Of a DNA stretch of 28,348 bases, positions 1 through 9,897 are shown piece after piece. This DNA is from Candidatus Heimdallarchaeota archaeon (GTDB lineage: Archaea > Asgardarchaeota > Heimdallarchaeia > Heimdallarchaeales > Heimdallarchaeaceae). The number at the start of each line of letters is the position of its first letter. Position 1 is the first letter of the stretch. Where the stretch lies: assembly GCA_030668825.1 (NCBI GenBank), contig DAOVET010000032.1, positions 1 through 28,348 on the forward strand, in the 5' to 3' direction. A program made the translations under genes and the position numbers. Below the pieces are notes generated by a model, which was given only the letters and a program-made list of their open reading frames with translations, was not told where the DNA came from and did not search any database.

Positions 1-219
1 TTTCTGATGGCATTTGTATTATTACAGTCACCAGGAAAATACACTCTCCCCATCAAACTGTACACTTTTCTGGGGTCTATAGAATCTAGTACTCCTGAAT
101 GGGGATTATTTGCAGCTGCATCAATATTAGTAACAATTCCTCTGCTTTTGGTGTTCGTATTTCTAAGAAATTATCTGCTTAAAGGAATTGATAATTCAGT
201 AAATATAAGAGATGTATGA
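1..219 (+). CDS. Carbohydrate ABC transporter permease (MalG/UgpE-like), C-terminal fragment; 5' end lies outside the window
   Basis: Frame is open from base 1. 'TLPI..Y...G.....WGLFAAASILVTIPLLLVFVFLRNYLLKG' is the typical MalG-type C-terminus. Overlaps the ATPase gene start. Confidence 0.85.
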   Translation, partial: FLMAFVLLQSPGKYTLPIKLYTFLGSIESSTPEWGLFAAASILVTIPLLLVFVFLRNYLLKGIDNSVNIRDV

Positions 220-1336
220 AATGAAAGTTGAAATAAAAAATCTAACAAAAAAATATGGAAAAAAAACAGCTCTCAATGATATTAATGTCACAATTCCTGA
301 AGGAAGTTTCACTGTTATCCTTGGTCCTTCAGGAAGCGGAAAAACCACATTATTGAGAATTCTAGCTGGATTATTATATCCTTCAGAAGGTCAAATATTT
401 TTTAATGAAAAAAACATAACAGACATACCTGCAAATAAAAGAAACATAGCAATGGTTTTTCAAAACTATCCTCTTTTTCCACATATGACTGTAGAAGAAA
501 ATTTGCGTTTTCCATTAGAGAGTCAAAAAGAAGGAAATTTGTTTAAAAGAAGAACTTTCACATCATCAGACGTACAAAATAAAGTGGATGAAACACTAAA
601 ATTATTTAAATTAGAGGAACATAGAAACAAGTATCCTTCTCAACTAAGTGGAGGAGAACAACAAAGGGTAGCTATTGGTAGAGAAGTAATTAGACAGCCA
701 GTGATTTTTCTCTTTGATGAACCACTAAGTAATATTGATGCAAGATTAAGATATGAGATGAGAACATGGATACGAAAACTTCATGGAATTCTGAAGACAA
801 CAATGGTTTATGTGACACATGATCAAGCTGAAGCTCTCAGTCTCGGAGACAATATTATTTTATTGCAAGATGGAGAAATTGCTCAAATGGGCCCTCCTGA
901 AGAGCTTTATGACGAACCTAATCAGAAGTTTGTAGCACAATTTATTGGTAACTTTCCGATGAATTTTCTCAAATTTAGGATATCAAAAAATTCAGTCTTA
1001 TTAGTTATTGATGAAAAGATTTTGCTTCCTAAAAATCTTCAAAAAAGAATACTAGAAGAAAATATCACAGAAGGTGAAATAGGATTTAGAGCAGAAACTA
1101 TCAGAGAACTAGACCCAAACAAAACTGTTGATGAAAATCAAATAGTACTGGAATGTTCTATCGCTGATTCAGAAAAAATACTTGATCAACAGGTTTTAAC
1201 TCTGAATTATAAAGGAGAAAACTTATTCTTTGTCACTAAAACTAGGAAGAAATTCACAATAGGTCAAAAACTTCCAGTTCTTCTACACTCTGAATCCCTC
1301 TACACTTTTACTGGAGACAACAAGAGAGTATTTTAG
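212..1336 (+). CDS. Sugar ABC transporter ATP-binding subunit (MalK/UgpC family)
   Basis: Walker A GPSGSGKT, Q-loop MVFQNY, signature LSGGEQQ, Walker B FLFDEPLSN, H-loop YVTHDQ, and the MalK-type 'P.NQKFVAQFIG' leading into a C-terminal OB/TOBE-like region. Confidence 0.95.
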   Translation: MYEMKVEIKNLTKKYGKKTALNDINVTIPEGSFTVILGPSGSGKTTLLRILAGLLYPSEGQIFFNEKNITDIPANKRNIAMVFQNYPLFPHMTVEENLRFPLESQKEGNLFKRRTFTSSDVQNKVDETLKLFKLEEHRNKYPSQLSGGEQQRVAIGREVIRQPVIFLFDEPLSNIDARLRYEMRTWIRKLHGILKTTMVYVTHDQAEALSLGDNIILLQDGEIAQMGPPEELYDEPNQKFVAQFIGNFPMNFLKFRISKNSVLLVIDEKILLPKNLQKRILEENITEGEIGFRAETIRELDPNKTVDENQIVLECSIADSEKILDQQVLTLNYKGENLFFVTKTRKKFTIGQKLPVLLHSESLYTFTGDNKRVF

Positions 1337-1464
1337 TAAAATTTTTTAGTTAAAATTTTGACTAGAACCATCACAATCTTATTAATATTATTTTAACAAA
1401 TATATTAAAGAGAACAACCATAATATTTGTTTGGTTCTCAATCTGGGGTAAAAAATCTATTCGA

Positions 1465-4400
1465 GTGAATCAGATGGCAGAAGAAGACTTAGGGGAGGTA
1501 TTCGATAAAATCGATGTAGGAGTAACTGTAATTAAAAATGATAAGATTGAATTTGCAAATGATTATTTGTTACAAATCATAGGATATTCATTGAAAGAGA
1601 TAAAGGGAAAAAATTGTGTCTTTTTTGCAGCCAAAGAAGAAAAAAACAGATTGCAAAAAATTAAATCTGAAAATGATAAGCTGAATACTTACGCAAAAGA
1701 AATCGAACTTTGGATTGTAACAAAGGATGGAACTAGAAAATACATACGAAATCGTTTTTATCCAATTAGAGAGGGAGAAAAATCAAATAAATTTTTTATA
1801 ACTACTAACGATATAACAAGAAAAAAACAAAAAGAAACCAAAGTTACGGCTTCTGAGTTCAAAAAATCAAAATTCTTAGATTATCTAACTGAACATATAA
1901 TTTTTTATGATACGGACATGAAAATAATCTGGTCTAATAAGATAGCAAGTGATCTATTGGGCCAATCTCCGGAGGATATTGTTGGAGAAACATGTTATGA
2001 ACTATGGTATCAAAGAGACCAACCATGCGACAATTGCCCCGTTATTAAGGCAAGAGATTCAGGACAGGAACATATTGCAGAAGTAATAACTCCAGATCAT
2101 AAAACTTGGTTCGTTCGAGGATACCCTGTTTATGGAGATGATGGGAGTTTAATTGGAGTAGCAGAATTAGCTAGTGATATTACAGAAAGTAAACAAACAT
2201 CCAAAGAACTTCAAGAAAGTGAAGAAAGATTTAAACAGATTTTTCATAATACAAATGATGGTATCTTTGTCAGTAGAAGAGGAGATGATGGGGTATTTGA
2301 AGAGATTATTGAAGCTAACAGTGTAGCTGCTGCCATGTATGGTTACACTCGAGACGAATTCATGAAGATGAACCCATCTGACTTCATTGTTACAGGAGAA
2401 AAGGAAAGTTTTGAGTTTGTGCAAGAGTTAATGGAGAAAAAAGAACTTACTTTTGAGAGAATGCATAAAACTAAAGATGGAAGGGTGATAATTGTGGAAA
2501 TTAGTTCTCACTTATTCACTCTTGGTGATGACTTAGTCAGTTTAGCTGTTGTAAGAGATATCACTGAAAGGAAAGAAGAGCAAGATGAGTTGATAGAAAG
2601 TGAAGAAAAGTTCAGACAAATAGTTCAAAATGTAGATGAAGCTATTTTCATGTCACCCTTAACATCTGATAATATTATGGGGAAGTTTATAGAAGTCAAT
2701 TATATAGCATGTGAATGGACTGGATTTTCAAGAGAAGAACTTCTTCAAATGACACCAGTTGATTTGCATTCCCCAGAAGAAACTGTTGGACAATCAGAAA
2801 TCGGTAGAAATCTATTAGAAAGAAGTAGAACTACATTCGAAGGGTACATAATTCACAAAGACGGGAGTAAGATTCCAGTTGAATATAACACAAATATCTT
2901 CCTAATGAACAATGAAAGAGTTGTATTAACAACAGCTAGAGATTTAAGAGAAAAAATAAAAGCAAAGGAGGAGCTAACTAGTAGTGAAGAAAGATTTAGA
3001 CAGATATTCCATAATACAAGTGATGCAATCTTCTTAACTCATCTAAAAGAAGATGGTTCTTCAAGTAAATATATTGAAGCGAATGATGTAGCACTAAGAT
3101 GGTTAGGCTTTTCTAAAGAAGAATTGCTTGATAAGTTCTCTATTGATATTACAGCTCCTGAGGAAAAAGAGTACAATTCTGAATATACAAAGAAGATTGT
3201 GGACACAGGTCATGCGACTTTTGAAACTATTCTATTTTCTAAAGATAGAAAACGGATACCAGTTGAAATTAATTCACACATCTTCGAATTACAATCTCAA
3301 AAAGTAATACTTTCAATAGCAAGGGATATTACTGAAAGGAAAAAAGCCCAAAGAGACTTAATGGAAAGTGAGGAAAAGTACAGAAAATTAGTTGAAACAA
3401 TTCCCGCTGCAATTATACGTTCAGATTCATCTGGTAAAGTGACATTTGTCAATAAAAGAGCAGTTACACTTCATGGTTATGAGAATGAAAATCAATTACT
3501 TGGAAAGAATACTAATGAACTAATTGCCTATGAGGATACTTTTACAGCTCAAGATGTTCAAAGAAGAACCATAGAAGATGGATTCATTCATGACATTGAA
3601 GTTTCAATTTTAAGAAAGGACGAAACAATCATCCCAGGCGTGTTTCATGCAGCAGCTATAAAAGATAAAGAGGGAAGCGTTTTTGGTTTTATAAGTGTTG
3701 AAATTGATATTACTGAAAGGAAAAGAGCAGAAGAAGCTCTTAAAGAAAGTGAACAAAAATTTAGACAAATATTCCAAAATGCAAAAGATGCTATTTTCAT
3801 TCACAAAATAAATGAATATAACGAAATTGGGGACATGATGGAAGTAAATAAAACAGCTTGTCAGTGGTTAGGGTACACTCGAGAAGAGCTTCTAGAATTT
3901 GAAATTGATGCAAATAGTAATTTTGGTTATCTTCAATTTTCGCTGGAAATCACAGAAGATCTATTCGCCGCAGGAACAAAAACTTTCGAAACGCAAATAG
4001 AGAATAACAAAGGTGAATTGCGACCAGTGGAGTTCAGTTCCCATCTCTTTACATTGAGAGATCAACAAGTATTGCTTTCTGTAGCTAGAGATATAACTGA
4101 AAGAAAGAAAGCAGAACTGTCTATTAGGAAAAGTGAGGAGAGATATAGAACTCTTATTGAAACTTCCCCAGATGCTATTATTCTGATTGATCAAGAAGGA
4201 CGAGTTTCTTTTGCTAATCAACAGACTGCAAGTATGTATGAATATGATGACATAGAAGATATGATTGGTTTGACAACTGTTGATTTTATTGCTAGAGAGG
4301 ATCTAGAATTTGCAAATAATCAACTAAAGCTGGTTTTATCTGAAGGAAGATTGCAAAATACACACTTTATGTCATTGAAGAAAGATGGGAGTAAATTTCC

Positions 4401-5934
4401 AATAGAACTAAGTGCTTCTCTAACTACAGATGAGGAAGGGAAACCTTCAGAGATAATGGTTGTTATTGGCGATATTGAAGAAAGAATGACCGCTGAATCA
4501 GCTCTTAAAGAAAGTGAAGAAAAATTCAGACAAACTTTTGATCAATCAAATGATGGTATATTCCTACATGATTTAAGAGGAAACATTCTGGATGTCAATC
4601 TACGAGTTAAAGAGCTCTTCGGTTATTCGAAATCAGAATTTCTTCAGTTAACCATAACACAGTTGCACCCTATTACAGAGCAAGAAACATCTAAGAATGC
4701 ATTTGACATGATAGAGGAGAAGGGGTCTGTTAATTTTGAAACCAAATTTAGAAGAAAAGACGGTTCTGTCTTCCCTGCAGATGTATCTTCTAGTAAGTTT
4801 GAAATTGGAGGAAAACAGGTTGTTCAGGGAATTGTTAGAGATATAACGGAGAGAAAGAAAGCAGAAGAAGAACTTATAGAAAGAGAAGAACAATATAGAC
4901 AAATTTTCAATAATACAAATGATGCTATTTTCTTGACAAACATCGATGAAGAAATTAATAGTACCAGTCCGTTCATAGAGGTTAATGACGTAGCTTGCAC
5001 ACTATTGGGATATGAAAGGGGTGAACTTTTAAAAATGAGATCCTCTGAGATTACAGCCCCTGAAGACAGAGATGTACTTTCTGAAAACATTCATCAAATT
5101 ATAAAGGAAAGAATGACAACTTTCGAAAATACACTAATATCAAAGGATGGAAAAAGAATTCCTACTGAAATCAGTTCTCATGTTTTTGAGCTTCGAGGTG
5201 AAATGTGTGTTCTATCAGTATCTAGAGATATTACTGAGCGAAAAAACGCAGAGAGAGAATTAATGGAAAGTGAGGAAAGATATCGTAAGCTCTTCCATGA
5301 AGCAAATGATATCATTGCAATTCTGAGTATACCACGAGATGGTTCTATCGGTAATATTGTTGAAGCAAATGATCCAGCATTAGTAATGACCAAATATACA
5401 AGAGAGGAACTAGTTGGTTTGAGTCTTGTAGACCTTGTTAAGGATTTAACTGAGGAAGAGATAATTGATTATTTCGCTGAAATGATGGAAAAATATATCA
5501 TTAGATTTGAACGAGAATTTATCCGAAAAGATGGGACAACCTTCCCAGTTGAAATCACCGCAACACCCTTTACTCTTAAAGAGGAATTAACAATGTTAGT
5601 AACAGCAAGAGATATCACTGATAGAAAACGAGACGAGGAGCTTAGAAGGCAAGCTTATGATCAAATAGCTCAGAATATAGAAGATTTTGCTGAATTGGTA
5701 GATAGAATTAGAAATCCTCTAATGGGTGTAATAGGTTATGCTGAACTTTCTGAAACCTTACATTCAACAATTATAATCGAGGAAGCAAGGAAAATAGAAG
5801 AGATTACTCAAAAAATTTCAGACAGTTATCTAGAAACTGAAAAAGTAAGAAAAATTCTTAGATCTGAGATTGATTCAAAAGAAAATAATGAAGCCGTTTC
5901 AGAGAAAGTTGAAAAAGAGGAAACAAAAGAGTAA
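1465..5934 (+). CDS. Soluble multi-PAS sensor (11 PAS/PAC repeats) with a C-terminal HisKA-like helical hairpin and no HATPase domain
   Basis: Eleven units of '(E)SEE(R/K)(F/Y)R..F....D.IF ... (R)DITE(R)K'. C-terminal 'QNIEDFAELVDRIRNPLMGVIGYAEL'. No N/G1/F/G2 boxes and no TM segments. Start is GTG 1465 or ATG 1474. Confidence 0.92.
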   Translation: MNQMAEEDLGEVFDKIDVGVTVIKNDKIEFANDYLLQIIGYSLKEIKGKNCVFFAAKEEKNRLQKIKSENDKLNTYAKEIELWIVTKDGTRKYIRNRFYPIREGEKSNKFFITTNDITRKKQKETKVTASEFKKSKFLDYLTEHIIFYDTDMKIIWSNKIASDLLGQSPEDIVGETCYELWYQRDQPCDNCPVIKARDSGQEHIAEVITPDHKTWFVRGYPVYGDDGSLIGVAELASDITESKQTSKELQESEERFKQIFHNTNDGIFVSRRGDDGVFEEIIEANSVAAAMYGYTRDEFMKMNPSDFIVTGEKESFEFVQELMEKKELTFERMHKTKDGRVIIVEISSHLFTLGDDLVSLAVVRDITERKEEQDELIESEEKFRQIVQNVDEAIFMSPLTSDNIMGKFIEVNYIACEWTGFSREELLQMTPVDLHSPEETVGQSEIGRNLLERSRTTFEGYIIHKDGSKIPVEYNTNIFLMNNERVVLTTARDLREKIKAKEELTSSEERFRQIFHNTSDAIFLTHLKEDGSSSKYIEANDVALRWLGFSKEELLDKFSIDITAPEEKEYNSEYTKKIVDTGHATFETILFSKDRKRIPVEINSHIFELQSQKVILSIARDITERKKAQRDLMESEEKYRKLVETIPAAIIRSDSSGKVTFVNKRAVTLHGYENENQLLGKNTNELIAYEDTFTAQDVQRRTIEDGFIHDIEVSILRKDETIIPGVFHAAAIKDKEGSVFGFISVEIDITERKRAEEALKESEQKFRQIFQNAKDAIFIHKINEYNEIGDMMEVNKTACQWLGYTREELLEFEIDANSNFGYLQFSLEITEDLFAAGTKTFETQIENNKGELRPVEFSSHLFTLRDQQVLLSVARDITERKKAELSIRKSEERYRTLIETSPDAIILIDQEGRVSFANQQTASMYEYDDIEDMIGLTTVDFIAREDLEFANNQLKLVLSEGRLQNTHFMSLKKDGSKFPIELSASLTTDEEGKPSEIMVVIGDIEERMTAESALKESEEKFRQTFDQSNDGIFLHDLRGNILDVNLRVKELFGYSKSEFLQLTITQLHPITEQETSKNAFDMIEEKGSVNFETKFRRKDGSVFPADVSSSKFEIGGKQVVQGIVRDITERKKAEEELIEREEQYRQIFNNTNDAIFLTNIDEEINSTSPFIEVNDVACTLLGYERGELLKMRSSEITAPEDRDVLSENIHQIIKERMTTFENTLISKDGKRIPTEISSHVFELRGEMCVLSVSRDITERKNAERELMESEERYRKLFHEANDIIAILSIPRDGSIGNIVEANDPALVMTKYTREELVGLSLVDLVKDLTEEEIIDYFAEMMEKYIIRFEREFIRKDGTTFPVEITATPFTLKEELTMLVTARDITDRKRDEELRRQAYDQIAQNIEDFAELVDRIRNPLMGVIGYAELSETLHSTIIIEEARKIEEITQKISDSYLETEKVRKILRSEIDSKENNEAVSEKVEKEETKE

Positions 5935-5971
5935 TGCCAATACCGGTCTATCTTAACTAACCTCCCAACAA

Positions 5972-5979
5972 TTTATATA
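5972..5979 (+). promoter_or_regulatory. Archaeal TATA box (TTTATATA) for a probably leaderless CaCA transcript
   Basis: TTTATATA begins 30 nt upstream of ATG 6002; no SD motif. Confidence 0.55.
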
Positions 5980-6001
5980 TTACTCGAGAATATTTCTGAG
6001 T

Positions 6002-7222
6002 ATGAGTTTTCTCAAGAAATTCAAACATGCATTTCACATAACACTTTGGGAGGCAATAATAGCTTTATCTATAATAATTACATATTTCATTCTAGCAAAA
6101 GCTGTTTATGCAGGTCATCCTCCTCTTTGGTTAACAATATCAGGTTTTGTGGTAGGAACTTGGTTAGCTTTTAGACCGTCTGAGTGGGCTGTATCAGGAT
6201 TGAAAAGTGGGGCAAAATATGTAGGTTTGTCAGAATATGTGGCGGGTGTATTATCAAGCATTGCTTCAAACTTACCAGAAGCTGTAATTGCAATTATATT
6301 ACTTACTTCAAAAACAGGTGTTAAGGCTACAAATCAACTTATGGCAGTAGTGACAGTATTGTCAGCAGCAGGTTTTAATACAATTATTCTCGGAATTGCA
6401 ATCTTAATTGCTACTTTAAAAAAGAGAGGTAGTATAGATGTTCCTGATGATCTAGAAAAAAGAGAATCACCTATCATCAGATGGGCTATTGTAGCACTAC
6501 TAATGACAGTACTCTTTGGTTTTGTTCAGTATTCTTATTTTGGTAAGGATGATTTAAATTTGGCACAACTTACAATACCTGTAGCAGCAATGCTTGCAGC
6601 TAGTTATGTTATTTATCTTGTCTACTTAATTTTTGTAAAAGAGAATACCAATAAAATGACTAAACATTTAGAGGATAATGGAGAAGAGACAGAAGAACTA
6701 CACAAAACAGATGAAGAACACACTAAGAGTAGTTCTAATGATCATGCTCTTCTTTCCAAACCATTGACATTTCTTCTTCTCATACTAGGATTTGTAGGGA
6801 TTTACTTTGGCGGTGAAACACTTACTGAAAGTGTTCAGCATTTGATAAGTAACGTTACTTTCTTTTCTTCTCCAAAAGGACCTATAACTGCAGCTCTGAT
6901 ATTAGGCGCAGCTGGAGCAGTTCCTGAACATGGAATTGCGATTATTTCAGCAGCGAAAGGTGAAATAGAAGTAGGAATTGGTAATGCAATGGGGGGAATT
7001 CTACAATCAACATTATTGATCTTTGGTATTATTGGAATCATAGTTTCAATAACTCTTCATCCATTTATACTAATTCAATTGGGGTCAATTGCAGGAACGC
7101 TCTGGTTTGTTAAAAGATGTATACAGGATGGAAGGTTTGATACGTTTGAAGCTATAATGATTATATTACTTCAAACTCTCGTTTTTATTATACTGTTTGA
7201 GGACATAGCAATTCTTATTTGA
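6002..7222 (+). CDS. Ca2+:cation antiporter (CaCA superfamily, Na+/Ca2+ or Ca2+/H+ exchanger)
   Basis: About 10-11 hydrophobic helices in two halves, alpha-1 repeat 'SIASNLPE', alpha-2 repeat 'AGAVPEH...GNAMGG', and a central acidic/His loop. Confidence 0.88.
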   Translation: MSFLKKFKHAFHITLWEAIIALSIIITYFILAKAVYAGHPPLWLTISGFVVGTWLAFRPSEWAVSGLKSGAKYVGLSEYVAGVLSSIASNLPEAVIAIILLTSKTGVKATNQLMAVVTVLSAAGFNTIILGIAILIATLKKRGSIDVPDDLEKRESPIIRWAIVALLMTVLFGFVQYSYFGKDDLNLAQLTIPVAAMLAASYVIYLVYLIFVKENTNKMTKHLEDNGEETEELHKTDEEHTKSSSNDHALLSKPLTFLLLILGFVGIYFGGETLTESVQHLISNVTFFSSPKGPITAALILGAAGAVPEHGIAIISAAKGEIEVGIGNAMGGILQSTLLIFGIIGIIVSITLHPFILIQLGSIAGTLWFVKRCIQDGRFDTFEAIMIILLQTLVFIILFEDIAILI

Positions 7223-7228
7223 AGGATA

Positions 7229-7260
7229 TATTTCTCATTTTTTTCATTTTTCTCTTTTTT
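7229..7260 (+). terminator. Oligo-T/pyrimidine tract terminator after the CaCA gene
   Basis: 'tttctcattttttt catttttctctttttt' immediately after the stop; archaeal-type U-rich terminator. Confidence 0.5.
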
Positions 7261-7348
7261 CATCACTTAAGAAATTGTAGACTTGACTGAAACTAAACTT
7301 CATCATTTTCCTTTCTGGGTTTAAATATTCTACACTAGACTTTATATT

Positions 7349-7582
7349 ATGCGCAGCAACCAGATTCTACCTGGTACAGATCAAACTGAGAAGGAGGTAG
7401 TATTATTACACAAGAATGGAGAAATCATCTCTATAAACAAATCCGTCTATCAAGTTAGAATTTACAGGGAACCAAATAGAAAAATTTTCACAACCTCAAT
7501 TGAAAGAGCGTATACAATTTTAAAAAAGAACGATTATGATTATTCGGAAGCAAACTTTTACTATAATAGTAAAAATGTATGA
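7349..7582 (+). CDS. Small hypothetical protein (77 aa)
   Basis: Fills the intergenic gap without overlap. TTTAAATA at 7320-7327 starts 29 nt before the ATG. Composition is globular-looking. Confidence 0.6.
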   Translation: MRSNQILPGTDQTEKEVVLLHKNGEIISINKSVYQVRIYREPNRKIFTTSIERAYTILKKNDYDYSEANFYYNSKNV

Positions 7583-7589
7583 TGGAGTA

Positions 7590-8822
7590 TTAATTTACTT
7601 CATCGAATACTTTCTCTATAACACCTAAAGCCCATGTTAGTTCAGATTTTGTTACTACTAAGGGAGGTGCAAACCTAATTGAAAATTCATGTGTTTCTTT
7701 AGCAAGTAAACCTACAGGAGAATTATTCATCATTGCCTTAGTATAGGGTCGAGCTTTATTATTTAGCTCAATAGCGACTAAAAGACCCTTACCTCTAACT
7801 TCCTTAATTTTCTTTGGATACTTTTCTTGAATTCTTTTTAAACCATCAACAAAGAATTTACCAAGCTCTAAAGATATTGCAGAATAATCTACTTCTCTGA
7901 TAAGATTGCAAACAGCATCTAGTACAGCCATTCCTAAACTATTTCCACCCCAAGTGGAACCGTGAGTTCCAGGAGTAAGAACATCCATTACATCCCAATT
8001 TGATAAAACACCAGATACAGGAAAAACTCCTCCACCAACCGCTTTAGCAACAAGAGTGATATCAGGTTTGATACCTTCATGTTCAGATGCAAAAAGAGCT
8101 CCTGTTCGACAGAGACCAGTTTGGATTTCATCAGCAATTGTTAGAATGTTGTTTTTCTCACAAATTGTTTCTACTTCTTTCAGATATCCTTCAGGAGGAA
8201 TTAAAACTCCTGCTTCTCCTTGAATTGGTTCAAACATGAAAGCTACTGTATTCTTATTAATCGCTTTCTCTAATGCTTTAGCATCACCATATGGTATGAC
8301 CTTAAAACCAGGTGTCTTTGGACCAAAACCAGAAAAAGCATCAGGATCAGATGAAAAACCAATTATTGTAATTGTTCTTCCATGGAAGTTATTTTCACAA
8401 ACAATAATTTCTGCTTTGTTTTCATCTACTCCCTTCTTTTCATAACCCCATTTTCTGGCTATTTTCAGAGCGGATTCAACAGCTTCAGCACCTGTGTTCA
8501 TTGGAAGAAAGACTTCATAGTTAGTCAATTCACACAGATTCTTTGCTGCTTTCCCCATAGCATCATTACAGAAAGCTCTAGATGTCAGAATAACCCTATT
8601 TGCTTGTTTCTTGAGCGCCTTTACTAATTTAGGATTGTTATGACCAAAATTCTGGCTTGAATAAGCACTTAAACAATCCAAGTATTTTTTGCCATCGACA
8701 TCCCAAACCCATGTTCCCTTAGCTTTCTTAATAACCACAGGAATTGGTTTGTAATTGTGAGCAGTCCATTTTTTATCTAATTCTAGATAATATTTTGACA
8801 TGTTCTTGATATTTTTAGGCAT
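7590..8822 (-). CDS. rocD: Ornithine--oxo-acid aminotransferase (class III PLP)
   Basis: 'AHNYKPIPVV', 'YLDCLSAYSSQNFGH', 'PMNTGAEAVE', 'NFHGRT', 'EPIQGEAG', 'DEIQTGL.RTG', PLP lysine in 'VAKAVGGG', 'PGTHGSTWGGN', 'LAKETH..IRFAPPL'. Confidence 0.95.
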   Translation of the reverse strand: MPKNIKNMSKYYLELDKKWTAHNYKPIPVVIKKAKGTWVWDVDGKKYLDCLSAYSSQNFGHNNPKLVKALKKQANRVILTSRAFCNDAMGKAAKNLCELTNYEVFLPMNTGAEAVESALKIARKWGYEKKGVDENKAEIIVCENNFHGRTITIIGFSSDPDAFSGFGPKTPGFKVIPYGDAKALEKAINKNTVAFMFEPIQGEAGVLIPPEGYLKEVETICEKNNILTIADEIQTGLCRTGALFASEHEGIKPDITLVAKAVGGGVFPVSGVLSNWDVMDVLTPGTHGSTWGGNSLGMAVLDAVCNLIREVDYSAISLELGKFFVDGLKRIQEKYPKKIKEVRGKGLLVAIELNNKARPYTKAMMNNSPVGLLAKETHEFSIRFAPPLVVTKSELTWALGVIEKVFDEVN

Positions 8823-8889
8823 ACAACCACCACTTTCAGTTTTCTGAAGGGGAGTTGATTTTTAAAATTTTAGATACAAAGAAGATAAA

Positions 8890-9897
8890 CTATGACCTTC
8901 TTTTTTTTCTAATGTAAATCAAACCTGAAAGTAGGGTAATAGCAGTTAATATTGATAAGATTGAGAAAGGAGTTTTTTCAATAGAGATATAGACTTCCAT
9001 GTCATTAATCACAAATAAGCTGTCTACTAAAAATATGAAAATATCACCAAGAGCTTGTTCTCCTTCAATCCACTCAATAGAGCTAAAATCATACTCGAAA
9101 TGCTGTATTATTGTTCCAATGGATGTACCAAAGAGAATAGCTGTTTCAAAACCAATCAGTGATAATTTAACGTTGGAAAAATCTAAGGTTATATTACTGA
9201 CAAGTGTATTAAATGTGATACTTTTATCTTCAATAGGTACTTCAGTAAAATGGATATCATCAGGATCGGTCCATGATAGCTCTTCACCTAAAACTATTGC
9301 ATTCAACCTAATTGTTCCTTTCAGCAAAACAATAGGAGTAAGTTCTAGTCCAACCGATTGTAACACTGGTAATTCAGGAATTTCAATTCCATCAACTGTA
9401 AAGAGGATAGGGCTGAAATTTATGGGGATCGTGATATTTTCTCCCAATAAAGTCTCAAAATCAGCAAAAGATTCAATTTCACCTTCCTTCACATCAATAT
9501 AAACAGGTCCAGTACTTGGGGTTACTATAATTATTGTACCATTTAATCCGAGAGTGAAATTACCTGGATTACTGCTTATTTGTAACCCAAATTCTGTAGT
9601 ACCATCTTTGACATCCTTGTTCAAGTATGAAGTAAAATTAAGTGGTACATGCATATTTGTGTTAAAGGATAGCCTTGGTGCAATTGCATATCCCAAAGTG
9701 TCATTTGCAATATTAAAGAATAAGTTTATTTTATAATCTTGTGTGAAATTTACTAAACTAGAAGAAGTAAACCAGTCTTCGATATTTTCGATTGTATCCT
9801 TTTGAAATTCAGCTGTAACATTACTGTTTAGTGATTGAAAACTTATACTGAGTAGAATAGTTAATGTAATTATAGTAAATATTTGCTTCTTCTTCAT
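8890..9897 (-). CDS. Secreted beta-rich cell-surface protein with N-terminal signal peptide and C-terminal TM/basic sorting signal (CTERM-like)
   Basis: True start is probably ATG 9897 (MKKKQIFTIITLTILLSISF..., a signal peptide). C-terminus 'EKTPFSILSILTAITLLSGLIYIRKKRRS' has motif + TM + basic tail. Confidence 0.8.
   Translation of the reverse strand: MKKKQIFTIITLTILLSISFQSLNSNVTAEFQKDTIENIEDWFTSSSLVNFTQDYKINLFFNIANDTLGYAIAPRLSFNTNMHVPLNFTSYLNKDVKDGTTEFGLQISSNPGNFTLGLNGTIIIVTPSTGPVYIDVKEGEIESFADFETLLGENITIPINFSPILFTVDGIEIPELPVLQSVGLELTPIVLLKGTIRLNAIVLGEELSWTDPDDIHFTEVPIEDKSITFNTLVSNITLDFSNVKLSLIGFETAILFGTSIGTIIQHFEYDFSSIEWIEGEQALGDIFIFLVDSLFVINDMEVYISIEKTPFSILSILTAITLLSGLIYIRKKRRS

Noticed and set aside
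2167-5393. Several short minus-strand ORFs inside the PAS gene
   Set aside because: Phe/Ser-rich antisense shadows of a purine-rich coding strand. The same applies to the short antisense ORFs within the CaCA gene, rocD, gap, the coiled-coil operon, dnaK and the SDR.
2170-5640. Recurring 'gatattactgaaag...gaaagtgaagaaa' nucleotide repeats
   Set aside because: They encode the PAS-PAC linkers (DITERK...ESEE) at ~370-400 nt spacing; not CRISPR or a mobile repeat.
8999-9736. Plus-strand ORFs of 167 and 60 aa
   Set aside because: Antisense to the surface-protein gene, which has a coherent signal peptide and anchor.
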